Positions 53,209 through 61,544 of a DNA stretch of 64,000 nucleotides are shown piece after piece; the stretch's first letter is position 1; each line of letters starts with the position of its first letter. The DNA lies in contig CAWETG010000010.1 of NCBI GenBank assembly GCA_963812035.1, forward strand, positions 180,975 through 244,974, written 5' to 3'. The DNA is from an uncultured Gemmatimonadales bacterium (GTDB lineage Bacteria; Gemmatimonadota; Gemmatimonadetes; Gemmatimonadales; JACORV01). Under the pieces are notes generated by a model. The model searched no databases, was not told the DNA's origin, and saw only the letters and a program-made list of their open reading frames with translations. Made by a program: the position numbers and the translations under genes.

Positions 53209-54377
53209 GGTGTCGCCTCCGACGCCGCCTCGCGCATCACGCGGAGCGTCGCCTCGACTTCGGTGCGGTCGTGCGCGAGGCTGGGGAAGTTGTAGGCGCC
53301 GCGCTTGATGAGCACGCCGCGCCGCGCGCACTCCAGCAGGAATCGGCGCTCCCGGTCCCCGTCGGCGAAGCGCAGGAACCACATTTCGGGGATGCCGCAC
53401 GCCGTCCAGGGATGCGGCGCGGGCCAGGCGTCCAGGGCTTCCAGCATCAGCCGGCCGACGCGCGCCACGTGCCCCGCCACGTCGATCTCGCCCCACACCT
53501 CCAGCACCGCCCGCGCGGCCGCCAGCGCCACGAATTCGGTGGCGAGCGTGGAGGTGATCCACGTCTCCCGCACTCGCGCCAGGATGTCGGCCCGGCCCAC
53601 CACCGCTGCCAGCGGGAACCCGTTGGCGAGCGCCTTCCCCAGGACCGCGAGATCGGGCTGCACTCCGTAGCGCTGGGCCGCCCCGCCGGCCGCGAGACGG
53701 AAGGCGGTCTTGACCTCGTCGAACACCAGCACGACGCCGTGCGCCGACGCCAGGCGCCGCGCCCCCTCGAGCCACGCCGGCGACGGCGCCCGCTCGATCA
53801 CCGGTTCCAGCACGATGACGGCCGGCGGCTCCGCGCCCGCGACCGCAGCCTCGAGAGCCGCGAGGTCGTCGAACGGCACGGCGGTCCAGAGCCGCTCGGT
53901 GCCGCGCGGCACGCCAGCGCCGACGGTGGCGCCGTCCAGCCAGCCGTGGTACCCGGCATGCACGACGCGCTCGCGCCCGGTCGCAACCCGCGCCACCCGC
54001 ACCGCCGCCTGCACCGCCTCGGCGCCGGTCTTGAAGAAGCGCGCCTGCTCCGCCCCGGGATACACCGCACACAACCGCTCGGCGACCTCGACCTCGAGCA
54101 CATGCGGCAGCGGCCCCACCGCCCCGTCACGCACGGCGCGCTCCGCCGCCTCCTGGACCCGCGGATGGGCGTAGCCCAGCCCGACCGCGCCGAGCGCCAT
54201 GGTCCAGTCCAGCAATTGATGCCCGTCCGCCGTCTCGATCCTCGCGCCCCCCGCGCGGACCAGGTGCGTCGGGCCGTCCGGGCCCCCGAACATCGCGTCC
54301 GGCCCCTTGGACCGCGTCGAGGTGAAACCCGCCACCGCCAGCGTGGCGCGCCGCGCGATGTCGCCGGAACCGCTCAC
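53205..54377 (-). CDS. Class III PLP aminotransferase (GSA aminomutase-like)
   Basis: FFKTGAEA, GYHGW, FDEVKTAFR, LGKALANGFP. Confidence 0.88.
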   Translation of the reverse strand: MSGSGDIARRATLAVAGFTSTRSKGPDAMFGGPDGPTHLVRAGGARIETADGHQLLDWTMALGAVGLGYAHPRVQEAAERAVRDGAVGPLPHVLEVEVAERLCAVYPGAEQARFFKTGAEAVQAAVRVARVATGRERVVHAGYHGWLDGATVGAGVPRGTERLWTAVPFDDLAALEAAVAGAEPPAVIVLEPVIERAPSPAWLEGARRLASAHGVVLVFDEVKTAFRLAAGGAAQRYGVQPDLAVLGKALANGFPLAAVVGRADILARVRETWITSTLATEFVALAAARAVLEVWGEIDVAGHVARVGRLMLEALDAWPAPHPWTACGIPEMWFLRFADGDRERRFLLECARRGVLIKRGAYNFPSLAHDRTEVEATLRVMREAASEATP

Positions 54378-54384
54378 CGCGCCC

Positions 54385-57093
54385 TCACCGCTCCGCAGCC
54401 ACCCGCGGGAGGTGGTGCGCCAGCGGCCGGTCACCCGCCAGGTAGAGCCGCGCGCCGCCCGCGCCGGACCAGACCAACTGTCCCACGCGCCGTTCGCGGC
54501 CTTCGCGGATCCGGTTCACGCACAGATCGAAACCGAAATCCTGAACGTCGTCCGGCAACTCGATGGCGCAGGTGATACGATAGCCGCGCTCGGAGGGCTG
54601 CCACGCGCCGCGCAGCATCTCCGGCGACGCGTCCGTCCCGTGCACCGCCGACACCCTGAGGCGAGAGCGATCGTCGGCGTCGGGCACGACCAGCCAGCCG
54701 AGGAAGCTCACGCTGTCCAGGTACACCTGGATCCCGTCCGAGTGGATGTCCGGGTTCTCGTTGTCCCACTCCGGGTTGGCGGCGCCGCGCGCCCGGAAGG
54801 CCGGCTCGGGCGCAGTCACGTCCACCGCGAGGTAGACGGTCGAGCCTTCGTGATTGAGGTACGCCGTGGCCGAGAAGTCGTCGGTTCCCCCCCACGGCTC
54901 CTCGGCGCGGCGGAACTGCTCCACGCGATCCAGCGCGAGCGGCGCGTCGAGCCGGAAGCCGTCGAGCGTGCCGTCCAGCGCCGGCGCCTTCCGCACAGCC
55001 AGGCTCCGCGCGGCCGCGACGCGCTCCTCCTTCCGTGGCGCCTCGGCCGGCGTCGGCTCCTCGGGCAGCTCGCGCGCCCCGCCCAACTCAATCGGATCGC
55101 CGCGGCCGAGATCGATCTGCCACCCGTGTTCGGTAGGCCCGTGCGAATGCATCCCGCCGTCCACGAGCCGCACCACGAAGTCCTGCTCGTGGCACTCGAC
55201 CTCCTCCACCGCCCCACCGTAATCCAGGCAGGCCACCAGGGTCACCATCTCCCCGGAGGAGACCACGACCGCGAACTCGAGCTCTTCGGCCTCGTCGACT
55301 GCGCCCGGCACCGGCGGCCCGGGGGCCCGCGAGATCTGCACCTGAAACGCCTGCCGGCCCGCGAGGTAGACGGGCAGCACGCCGTCCGCGCGCTCGAACC
55401 GGACCCCCAGCTGGTGCGAGTCCACCCTCCCCCAGCCGTGCCACGGCAGCGCCAGCATCCGCTCACCGACGGCGCTCCCCATCTGCAGCACGTCGAGCAC
55501 GTACCCCGGTGTCACCACAACCGTGCGCTGGACGCCCACGCCGTCGAAGGCCGTGCCGTCGAGCAGCTGGGCGCACACCCAGCCGTACTCACCACTCTCC
55601 GCGTACCCGACGCACACGCCGCGCGCCTCGGCCTGCGACAACCCGTCCACCAGCGGGGCGTTGTGCGCCAGCGTGGAGCGGTACCAGGGGAGCCGCGGCG
55701 AGACGTACGAGCCGGTGCCGAAATCCACCAGCCACGGGACGCCGCCCGCGTGCAGCGTGAGATTCAAGCGATCGGGATGGCCGTGTCCGCCTCCCGGCTC
55801 GCCGTAGTCGAGGCTCACATAGGTCCGCCCCGCGTCGCGGCGAAACACCGCCAGCCCCGTCGCCTCGAGATGCGCGGAGGCGGGGCGCCATGCGCCGGCG
55901 GCTTCGGTCGGGAGCTCGGGCGCCGCCCACAGCAGCCCTTTCCAGCCGAGGCCGTCGCGCCGCACCCCCGACGGCGGCTCGTATCGCTCGACCTCGGTGA
56001 TGAGGCCGGCGCCCCCTTCGACCTCCGGGACGGACGCGTCGTAGACGTGCCCGAGCAGTGAGGCGACGCCCGGCCACGCCGCGCGCGCGAGCGACAGCTC
56101 CCACAGCTCGGCCATGCGCCGCTGGCGGAGCGAGACCCCGAACCGGGAATCACGGCGCGCCGGATAGGTGAAGTCGGGCAACGCCGTGAGCACCGGAGCC
56201 CGGAACGCCTCGCGAAACTTGCGGCCGATGTCCGTGCCCGACGCCCACAGGTCCATCTCGCCACATGTGCGCAGCATCTCCGCGCCCCACGCCAAACCCC
56301 GCAGCGCGAACCAGTGGTAGTTCTCTCCCTCGTACCACAGACCGTCGCCGAGCACCCCGTCATCGAGCGTGGCCAGGACGCCCGCGGGACCGCGAGCAGC
56401 ACGCTCGCGCAGCGCGGAATCGTCCAGCACGGAGCCCAGAGCCAGGAGCGCCGCCGCGTTCCACACCTGGCGATTGGAGCGGGGCTCCTCGAAGTCTGCA
56501 ATTGTTTCGGCCGACGGCCGGAATACCCGCGACACCAGGTCACGCTCCAGGTCGGGCGGCAGCCGCCCGTGCTGCCCCAGCAGCGAAGCACTGGCCGCGA
56601 GTTGGAGCACCCAGATGGACTCGAGATAGGTGGAGAAGAACGGGCGGCTGGGGCCGAGGACGTTGTCCGCATTCGGATAGGTGAGGTAGCGCTCGGCCAC
56701 ACCCGCGAGGGTCTCGAGAGCGCGGGCCTCACGACCGGCGTCGCCATCGAGCACGCCGAGCAGCGCCGACTGCCAGCACCGCTCCGCGAGCCACAGCTGG
56801 TACCAGTAGATCCACCAGCGGTGGCTCTGCTCCGTGGACCAGATCCGGCCGCAGCGCGTGCAGCGCTGCGCGTGCGGCGACCACGGATCGAACGCCAGCT
56901 CGGCCCCGTCGTCCCGACAGGCACTCCCCCACCGCGACAGCAGCGCCTTGCCCTCGGGGACGTAGAGCGGCCGCGCGACGAACGCGGCCAACTCGGCCGA
57001 CAGCCGCTGCTTCAGCGCGATGAGCTCGGGCGCGGCGGCGATCTCCGTGCGGCGGCGCTCGAGCGCCTCCGGCGAAACCAGCACGCTCCGCAT
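54385..57093 (-). CDS. Heparinase II/III (PL17-like) lyase with C-terminal CBM9/DOMON-like domain
   Basis: SNRQVW, DGLWYEGENYH, GGHGHPDRL, WYRSTLAHN; C-terminal P.LDG.LD...YLAVDV...DGIQVY; N-terminal CRDD...CTRC. Confidence 0.82.
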   Translation of the reverse strand: MRSVLVSPEALERRRTEIAAAPELIALKQRLSAELAAFVARPLYVPEGKALLSRWGSACRDDGAELAFDPWSPHAQRCTRCGRIWSTEQSHRWWIYWYQLWLAERCWQSALLGVLDGDAGREARALETLAGVAERYLTYPNADNVLGPSRPFFSTYLESIWVLQLAASASLLGQHGRLPPDLERDLVSRVFRPSAETIADFEEPRSNRQVWNAAALLALGSVLDDSALRERAARGPAGVLATLDDGVLGDGLWYEGENYHWFALRGLAWGAEMLRTCGEMDLWASGTDIGRKFREAFRAPVLTALPDFTYPARRDSRFGVSLRQRRMAELWELSLARAAWPGVASLLGHVYDASVPEVEGGAGLITEVERYEPPSGVRRDGLGWKGLLWAAPELPTEAAGAWRPASAHLEATGLAVFRRDAGRTYVSLDYGEPGGGHGHPDRLNLTLHAGGVPWLVDFGTGSYVSPRLPWYRSTLAHNAPLVDGLSQAEARGVCVGYAESGEYGWVCAQLLDGTAFDGVGVQRTVVVTPGYVLDVLQMGSAVGERMLALPWHGWGRVDSHQLGVRFERADGVLPVYLAGRQAFQVQISRAPGPPVPGAVDEAEELEFAVVVSSGEMVTLVACLDYGGAVEEVECHEQDFVVRLVDGGMHSHGPTEHGWQIDLGRGDPIELGGARELPEEPTPAEAPRKEERVAAARSLAVRKAPALDGTLDGFRLDAPLALDRVEQFRRAEEPWGGTDDFSATAYLNHEGSTVYLAVDVTAPEPAFRARGAANPEWDNENPDIHSDGIQVYLDSVSFLGWLVVPDADDRSRLRVSAVHGTDASPEMLRGAWQPSERGYRITCAIELPDDVQDFGFDLCVNRIREGRERRVGQLVWSGAGGARLYLAGDRPLAHHLPRVAAER

Positions 57094-57094
57094 C

Positions 57095-58108
57095 TCAGCG
57101 CTCCGCCCCGAGCCAGCTGGTGACTCCGGCGCCGTCGAAGCTGAAGCGCAGCACCTGACCTCCGGCCGCGCGCAGCGCCTCCGCGACGGCGAACGCCCGT
57201 CCCGCCTTGGCCAGGAACACCATGCATCCTCCGGCTCCCGCGCCGCAGGCCTTGCAGCCCGCCGCGCCGGCGGCGGCGGCGGCGCGCGCCAGCGAGCGCA
57301 TTGCACCCGTCTCCATGCCTTCCCCCAGAGCGCGCTGGTACGCCCAGTTGCGCGACAGGATGTCCCCCACGGTGCCCAGCCTGGCATTCGCGACTGCATC
57401 ACGCATCTCGAGCGCGCAGGCGTGCAGGCCGCCGAGCGCCTTCACGATCGCGCGATCGCCGTCCGCATATCGCTGCCAGACTCGCGCGTGCATCTCGGCG
57501 GAGGACCGGGACGCGCCGGTGTAGCACAGCACCAGGTGCCGTTCCAGCTCCCGGAGACCGTCTTCCGGGGCGGCGAGCCGTGTGGCGCTCACCCGGCGCT
57601 CGCCGAACTCGAGGAACTGCAGGCCGCCCAGCGACGCGGCGAACTGGTCCTGCTTGCCCCCCACGATGCCGACGTCGCCCGCCTCCAGCTCGAAGGCCTG
57701 TTGGGCGATCTCCGCGGCGCGCGGCCGGGCGCCCCCGAGCGCGGCGAACGCCGCCACCAGCGCGACCCCCATCGCTCCCGACCCGCCGAGGCCGGATCCC
57801 GCCGGCGCGTCGCAGTTGGTGAGGACCTCGAAGCCCCCGCGGGGACCAAGGCGACGGGCCGCCGCCTTGAGAAGGCCGAGCTCGCCGTCGGGCCGCAGCT
57901 CCGCGGCGCCACGCGCCGACACGGCCGCCCCGAGATCCAGCGCGTGCAGGCGTACACCCGTCCGCTGCCGGCGCACCTGCACGTGGGCGTGCAGGCTGAT
58001 CGCGACGTTGACCACGGCACCGCCACGGCGCGCGCTGTACGGTGCAACGTCGGTCCACCCCCCGGCGAGGTCGATCCGCAGCGGCGCCCGTGCGTGGGCC
58101 ATCACCAT
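57095..58108 (-). CDS. GHMP-family sugar kinase (L-fucokinase/HddA-like)
   Basis: APLRIDLAGGWTDVAPY, PAGSGLGGS, GGKQDQ, CGAGAGG. Confidence 0.88.
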   Translation of the reverse strand: MVMAHARAPLRIDLAGGWTDVAPYSARRGGAVVNVAISLHAHVQVRRQRTGVRLHALDLGAAVSARGAAELRPDGELGLLKAAARRLGPRGGFEVLTNCDAPAGSGLGGSGAMGVALVAAFAALGGARPRAAEIAQQAFELEAGDVGIVGGKQDQFAASLGGLQFLEFGERRVSATRLAAPEDGLRELERHLVLCYTGASRSSAEMHARVWQRYADGDRAIVKALGGLHACALEMRDAVANARLGTVGDILSRNWAYQRALGEGMETGAMRSLARAAAAAGAAGCKACGAGAGGCMVFLAKAGRAFAVAEALRAAGGQVLRFSFDGAGVTSWLGAER

Positions 58109-58112
58109 CGCT

Positions 58113-59645
58113 TCACTCCCGCGCTTCGGGGTCGAGGTGCCAGCGCTGCAGCGTGGCAAGCTCGCCCCGCAGGTCCATGCGGACGCCGTGCACCCGCCGG
58201 CTCAGCCCCTGCAGGCCCCGGGCGTGGTACAGGAACGTGACCGGCAGGTCGCGCGCCACGATCCGCTGCACCTCGGCCAGGTCGCCAGCGTCCAGCGCCC
58301 GGTCCACCGCAGGATTGCCGTATTGTGCGTACTGCAACGGCTCCGCCAGGCGCCGCGAGTCGAACAGGCCGCGCAGGTACCCCAGCGACAGGTCCCCGAG
58401 GATGCCGGTCACGAGAGCATCATAATCGCGTGCCGCCCCGGTTGCCCGGGCCAGGAAGGCTCCCAGCTCGAGCTGCCGGATTCGCGCGTTCACGCCCACC
58501 GCCCGGAGATCAGACTGGATCATCTGCTCGAGCGAGTTGTCGGCCGCGCCGACCGTGAGGATGGTGAACGCGAGCGGCCGGCCGTCCCGCCGCCGCCAGC
58601 CGCCGGCGCCGACCCGCCAGCCCAGTGAATCCAGCAGCGCGCCCGACGCCGCGCGGTCGAACGGCACGCGCGCCACGGGCACGGCTCGCGGATGCCACGG
58701 TGGCGCCGGCCCGTCGGCCACCTCGCCGAACCCGTACACGTAGGCGTCCACCATCGCGCGCCGATCCAGCGCCAGCGTCAACGCGCGCCGCAGGCGTGGA
58801 TCGCTGAACGGCGGGCGGCCGGTATTCCACACCAGGCCGTACGTCAACAGGATCGGGTAGTCCACCACGGCGAGCCGGGGGTCCTGGTGGACCAGCGCTG
58901 CGTCCATCGGCTGGATGCCGGCGACGTCCAGCTCCCCGGTCACCAGGCCCGCCAGCTTGGTCGCCGGCTCGTCCACTACCACAACCACGAGCCGCTGGAC
59001 TCCCGGCGGCCCGCCAAGCGCGGCAGGGAAATCCGGGTTGGCGTCGAACACCCAGCGCTGGTTAGGGGTGTGCGACACGAAGCGGAACGGCCCGTTGCCC
59101 ACCGGATGCTGGTTGAAGGCGGCGTGCCGCAGCTGGTCGTGCGGCAGCCCCGCGAGCAGGTGCGCCGGCAGGATCGCCAGATCGGTGAGCACGTCGGGAA
59201 AGCTCGCCTGCGGGCGGCAGAACGCCAGGCGCACCGTGAAGCCACCCGTCGCGCGCGCGCCGGCGAGGCACTCCAGGTCGGACCGGCGCGGGTACCCGGT
59301 GGCCGGATCGCGCGCCGCGTTCAACGTGAACGCGACGTCCGCCGCGGTGGTGGGCGCGCCATCGTGCCAGCGCACGTCGCGCCGTACCGCCAGCTCGAGC
59401 GTGCGGCGATCCGTGCTCCAGCGCCACGCCTCGGCCAGGTACGGCCGCGCCACCAGCGCGCTGTCGTACCGGGCCAGGGTCATGAACAGCGCGTTCCGCT
59501 GCACCTGCCGCGCGAGCGGATGCACGGTGAGGAGAGGATTGATGGACTGGAGGTCGGCGCCGGACGCGTAGAACACCGTCGCCGGAGGCGTGACGGGGCC
59601 GCAAGCCGCTGCGGCCAACGCGAGAACCGTGCACCACCACCGCAC
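58113..59645 (-). CDS. ABC transporter substrate-binding lipoprotein, family 5 (Opp/Dpp-like)
   Basis: Lipobox AAAAC, PYLAEAW, VRWHDGAPTTAADV, VGNGPF. Confidence 0.9.
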   Translation of the reverse strand: MRWWCTVLALAAAACGPVTPPATVFYASGADLQSINPLLTVHPLARQVQRNALFMTLARYDSALVARPYLAEAWRWSTDRRTLELAVRRDVRWHDGAPTTAADVAFTLNAARDPATGYPRRSDLECLAGARATGGFTVRLAFCRPQASFPDVLTDLAILPAHLLAGLPHDQLRHAAFNQHPVGNGPFRFVSHTPNQRWVFDANPDFPAALGGPPGVQRLVVVVVDEPATKLAGLVTGELDVAGIQPMDAALVHQDPRLAVVDYPILLTYGLVWNTGRPPFSDPRLRRALTLALDRRAMVDAYVYGFGEVADGPAPPWHPRAVPVARVPFDRAASGALLDSLGWRVGAGGWRRRDGRPLAFTILTVGAADNSLEQMIQSDLRAVGVNARIRQLELGAFLARATGAARDYDALVTGILGDLSLGYLRGLFDSRRLAEPLQYAQYGNPAVDRALDAGDLAEVQRIVARDLPVTFLYHARGLQGLSRRVHGVRMDLRGELATLQRWHLDPEARE

Positions 59646-59691
59646 AGTCGGAAGCTAGAGAAATCGGGCCGCCGCCGCGAGATTGGCGGGG

Positions 59692-60684
59692 ATGCGCAGC
59701 GCGCTGCCGCGCCGGATCCTCGTCGCCGGGCTCACCGTACTCCTGGTCGTGACGGTGACGTTCGCCGCCGTCCACCTCATGCCGGGCGATCCGGTGCGCC
59801 TGTACCTCGGCCCCGACGCCGACGCGGCCACCGTCGCGGCGGCCCGCCACTCCCTTGGCCTCGATCGCCCCCTGCCGATCCAGTACGCGACCTGGCTCGC
59901 CCGCTTCGTGACCGGCCGGTGGGGCACCAGCATCGCGCAGCAGCGCCCGGTCACCGCGGTGCTGAACGACGCGCTCGGTCCGACGCTGCTGCTGGTGGGA
60001 GCTTCGCTCCTCGCGACGTACCTCGGCGGGATCCTGATCGGCGCCTACCAGGCGGCGCGGCGACGCAGCCGCATGGACGCCGCCCTGACCGTGCTCACGA
60101 CGACCCTCTACGCCCTGCCCTCCTACGTCGTCGCGCTGGGACTGGTCGCGGTGTTCGCCTACGGCGCCGCGCTGTGGCGTTGGCCCGGGCCCCTGCGCTT
60201 CCCCGCCTTCGGCGCCGCAGGACTCGGCGCCGACCTGCTGCCGCCCGCCGCCCGGCTCGCCGATCGCCTCCGCCACCTGGCGTTGCCGGTCGTCACGCTG
60301 GCCATCGTCGGTGTCGCCGGAACGGCGCGCTTCGTCCGGGGCGCGATGATCGAGGCGCTGCGCCAGCCGTTCGTGCGGGCGGCGCGCGCCAGGGGCCTCG
60401 GGGAGGTGCGGGTGCTGCTCGGCCACGCCCTGCGCAACGCGCTGGTCCCGGTCGTCACGCTGTTCGGCTTGCAGCTGCCGGCGCTCTTCTCCGGCGTCGT
60501 GTTCGTCGAGACGATCTTCGCCTGGCCTGGGATGGGCCGGGTCACGGTGCAGGCGGTGCTGGCGCGCGACTACCCCGTGGTGATGGCCACCACGGCGGTG
60601 TTCGCGGTGCTGGTCGTGCTGGGCAACCTGCTCGCCGACACCCTGGCCTGGCTTGCCGACCCACGCCCGGGGCGCTCGGGATGA
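59692..60684 (+). CDS. ABC transporter permease (OppB/DppB-like)
   Basis: MPGDP, LGLDRPLPIQY, ARARGL, HALRNAL, ETIFAWPGMG. Confidence 0.93.
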   Translation: MRSALPRRILVAGLTVLLVVTVTFAAVHLMPGDPVRLYLGPDADAATVAAARHSLGLDRPLPIQYATWLARFVTGRWGTSIAQQRPVTAVLNDALGPTLLLVGASLLATYLGGILIGAYQAARRRSRMDAALTVLTTTLYALPSYVVALGLVAVFAYGAALWRWPGPLRFPAFGAAGLGADLLPPAARLADRLRHLALPVVTLAIVGVAGTARFVRGAMIEALRQPFVRAARARGLGEVRVLLGHALRNALVPVVTLFGLQLPALFSGVVFVETIFAWPGMGRVTVQAVLARDYPVVMATTAVFAVLVVLGNLLADTLAWLADPRPGRSG

Positions 60685-61544
60685 GCGCGAGGCGCGGCGT
60701 GCTGGCGCGGGCATGGCGTGACCGGCGGGCGCGCTTCGGCCTCGCGCTCATTGCGGCGTTCGTCGCCGGGGCCGTGGTGGCGCCGCTCCTGCCGGGCCAG
60801 GCTTCCGCCGATCTCGCGGCCATCGTCGCGCGCCGCTTCGCGGGGCCGCTGTCCCGGACCCCCGACGGCGTGTGGCACCTGCTGGGCACGGACCGCTTCG
60901 GCAGGGACGTGCTCGCGCGCCTCCTCTCCGGCGCGCGCATCTCGTTGGCCGTCGGCACGCTCGCCGCACTGGTCTCCACGGCGGTGGGAATCGGGGCTGG
61001 TGCCGTCGCTGGCTACGTCGGAGGCGCCGTGGACCGGGTCATCGCGGGCGTCACCGACGCGGCGCTCGCCATCCCGCGCGTGCCGTTTCTGCTCCTCCTG
61101 GTGGCGGTGGTGGAGCCCGGGGCGTGGGTGACCGTGCTCGCCCTCGGCGTCACCGGCTGGATGACGGTGGCCCGACTGGTGCGCGGCGAGGTGCGCGCGC
61201 TTGGGGCACGGCCGTTTGTCGAGGCCGCACGCGCCCTGGGCCTCCCGCCCTACCGCGTGCTGATCCGCCACATCCTGCCCAACGCGCTGACGCCCGCCCT
61301 GGTGGCTGCGGCCCTTGGCGTGGGCAGCGCCATCATGCTCGAGGCGGGCCTTTCCTTCCTCGGCCTGGGGGTGCAGCCGCCTACCCCGTCGTGGGGCAAC
61401 ATGATCGCGTCGGGGCGCGACGCGCTGCTGATCGCGCCGTGGGTGAGCCTCGCGCCGGCCGCGGCGGTTGCGCTCGTCGTGCTGGGGTTCAGCTGGCTGG
61501 CGGATGCGCTGGAGAGCGCGATCGCGGGGGAGCGGATCGGCTAG
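60681..61544 (+). CDS. ABC transporter permease (OppC/DppC-like)
   Basis: HLLGTDRFGRD, FVEAARALG, HILPN, LSFLGLGVQPPTPSWG; ATGA overlap with the upstream permease. Confidence 0.93.
   Translation: MSARRGVLARAWRDRRARFGLALIAAFVAGAVVAPLLPGQASADLAAIVARRFAGPLSRTPDGVWHLLGTDRFGRDVLARLLSGARISLAVGTLAALVSTAVGIGAGAVAGYVGGAVDRVIAGVTDAALAIPRVPFLLLLVAVVEPGAWVTVLALGVTGWMTVARLVRGEVRALGARPFVEAARALGLPPYRVLIRHILPNALTPALVAAALGVGSAIMLEAGLSFLGLGVQPPTPSWGNMIASGRDALLIAPWVSLAPAAAVALVVLGFSWLADALESAIAGERIG

Noticed and set aside
53205-54377. hemL (glutamate-1-semialdehyde aminomutase)
   Set aside because: It lacks the HemL N-terminal GGVNSPVR motif and sits in a sugar-enzyme operon.
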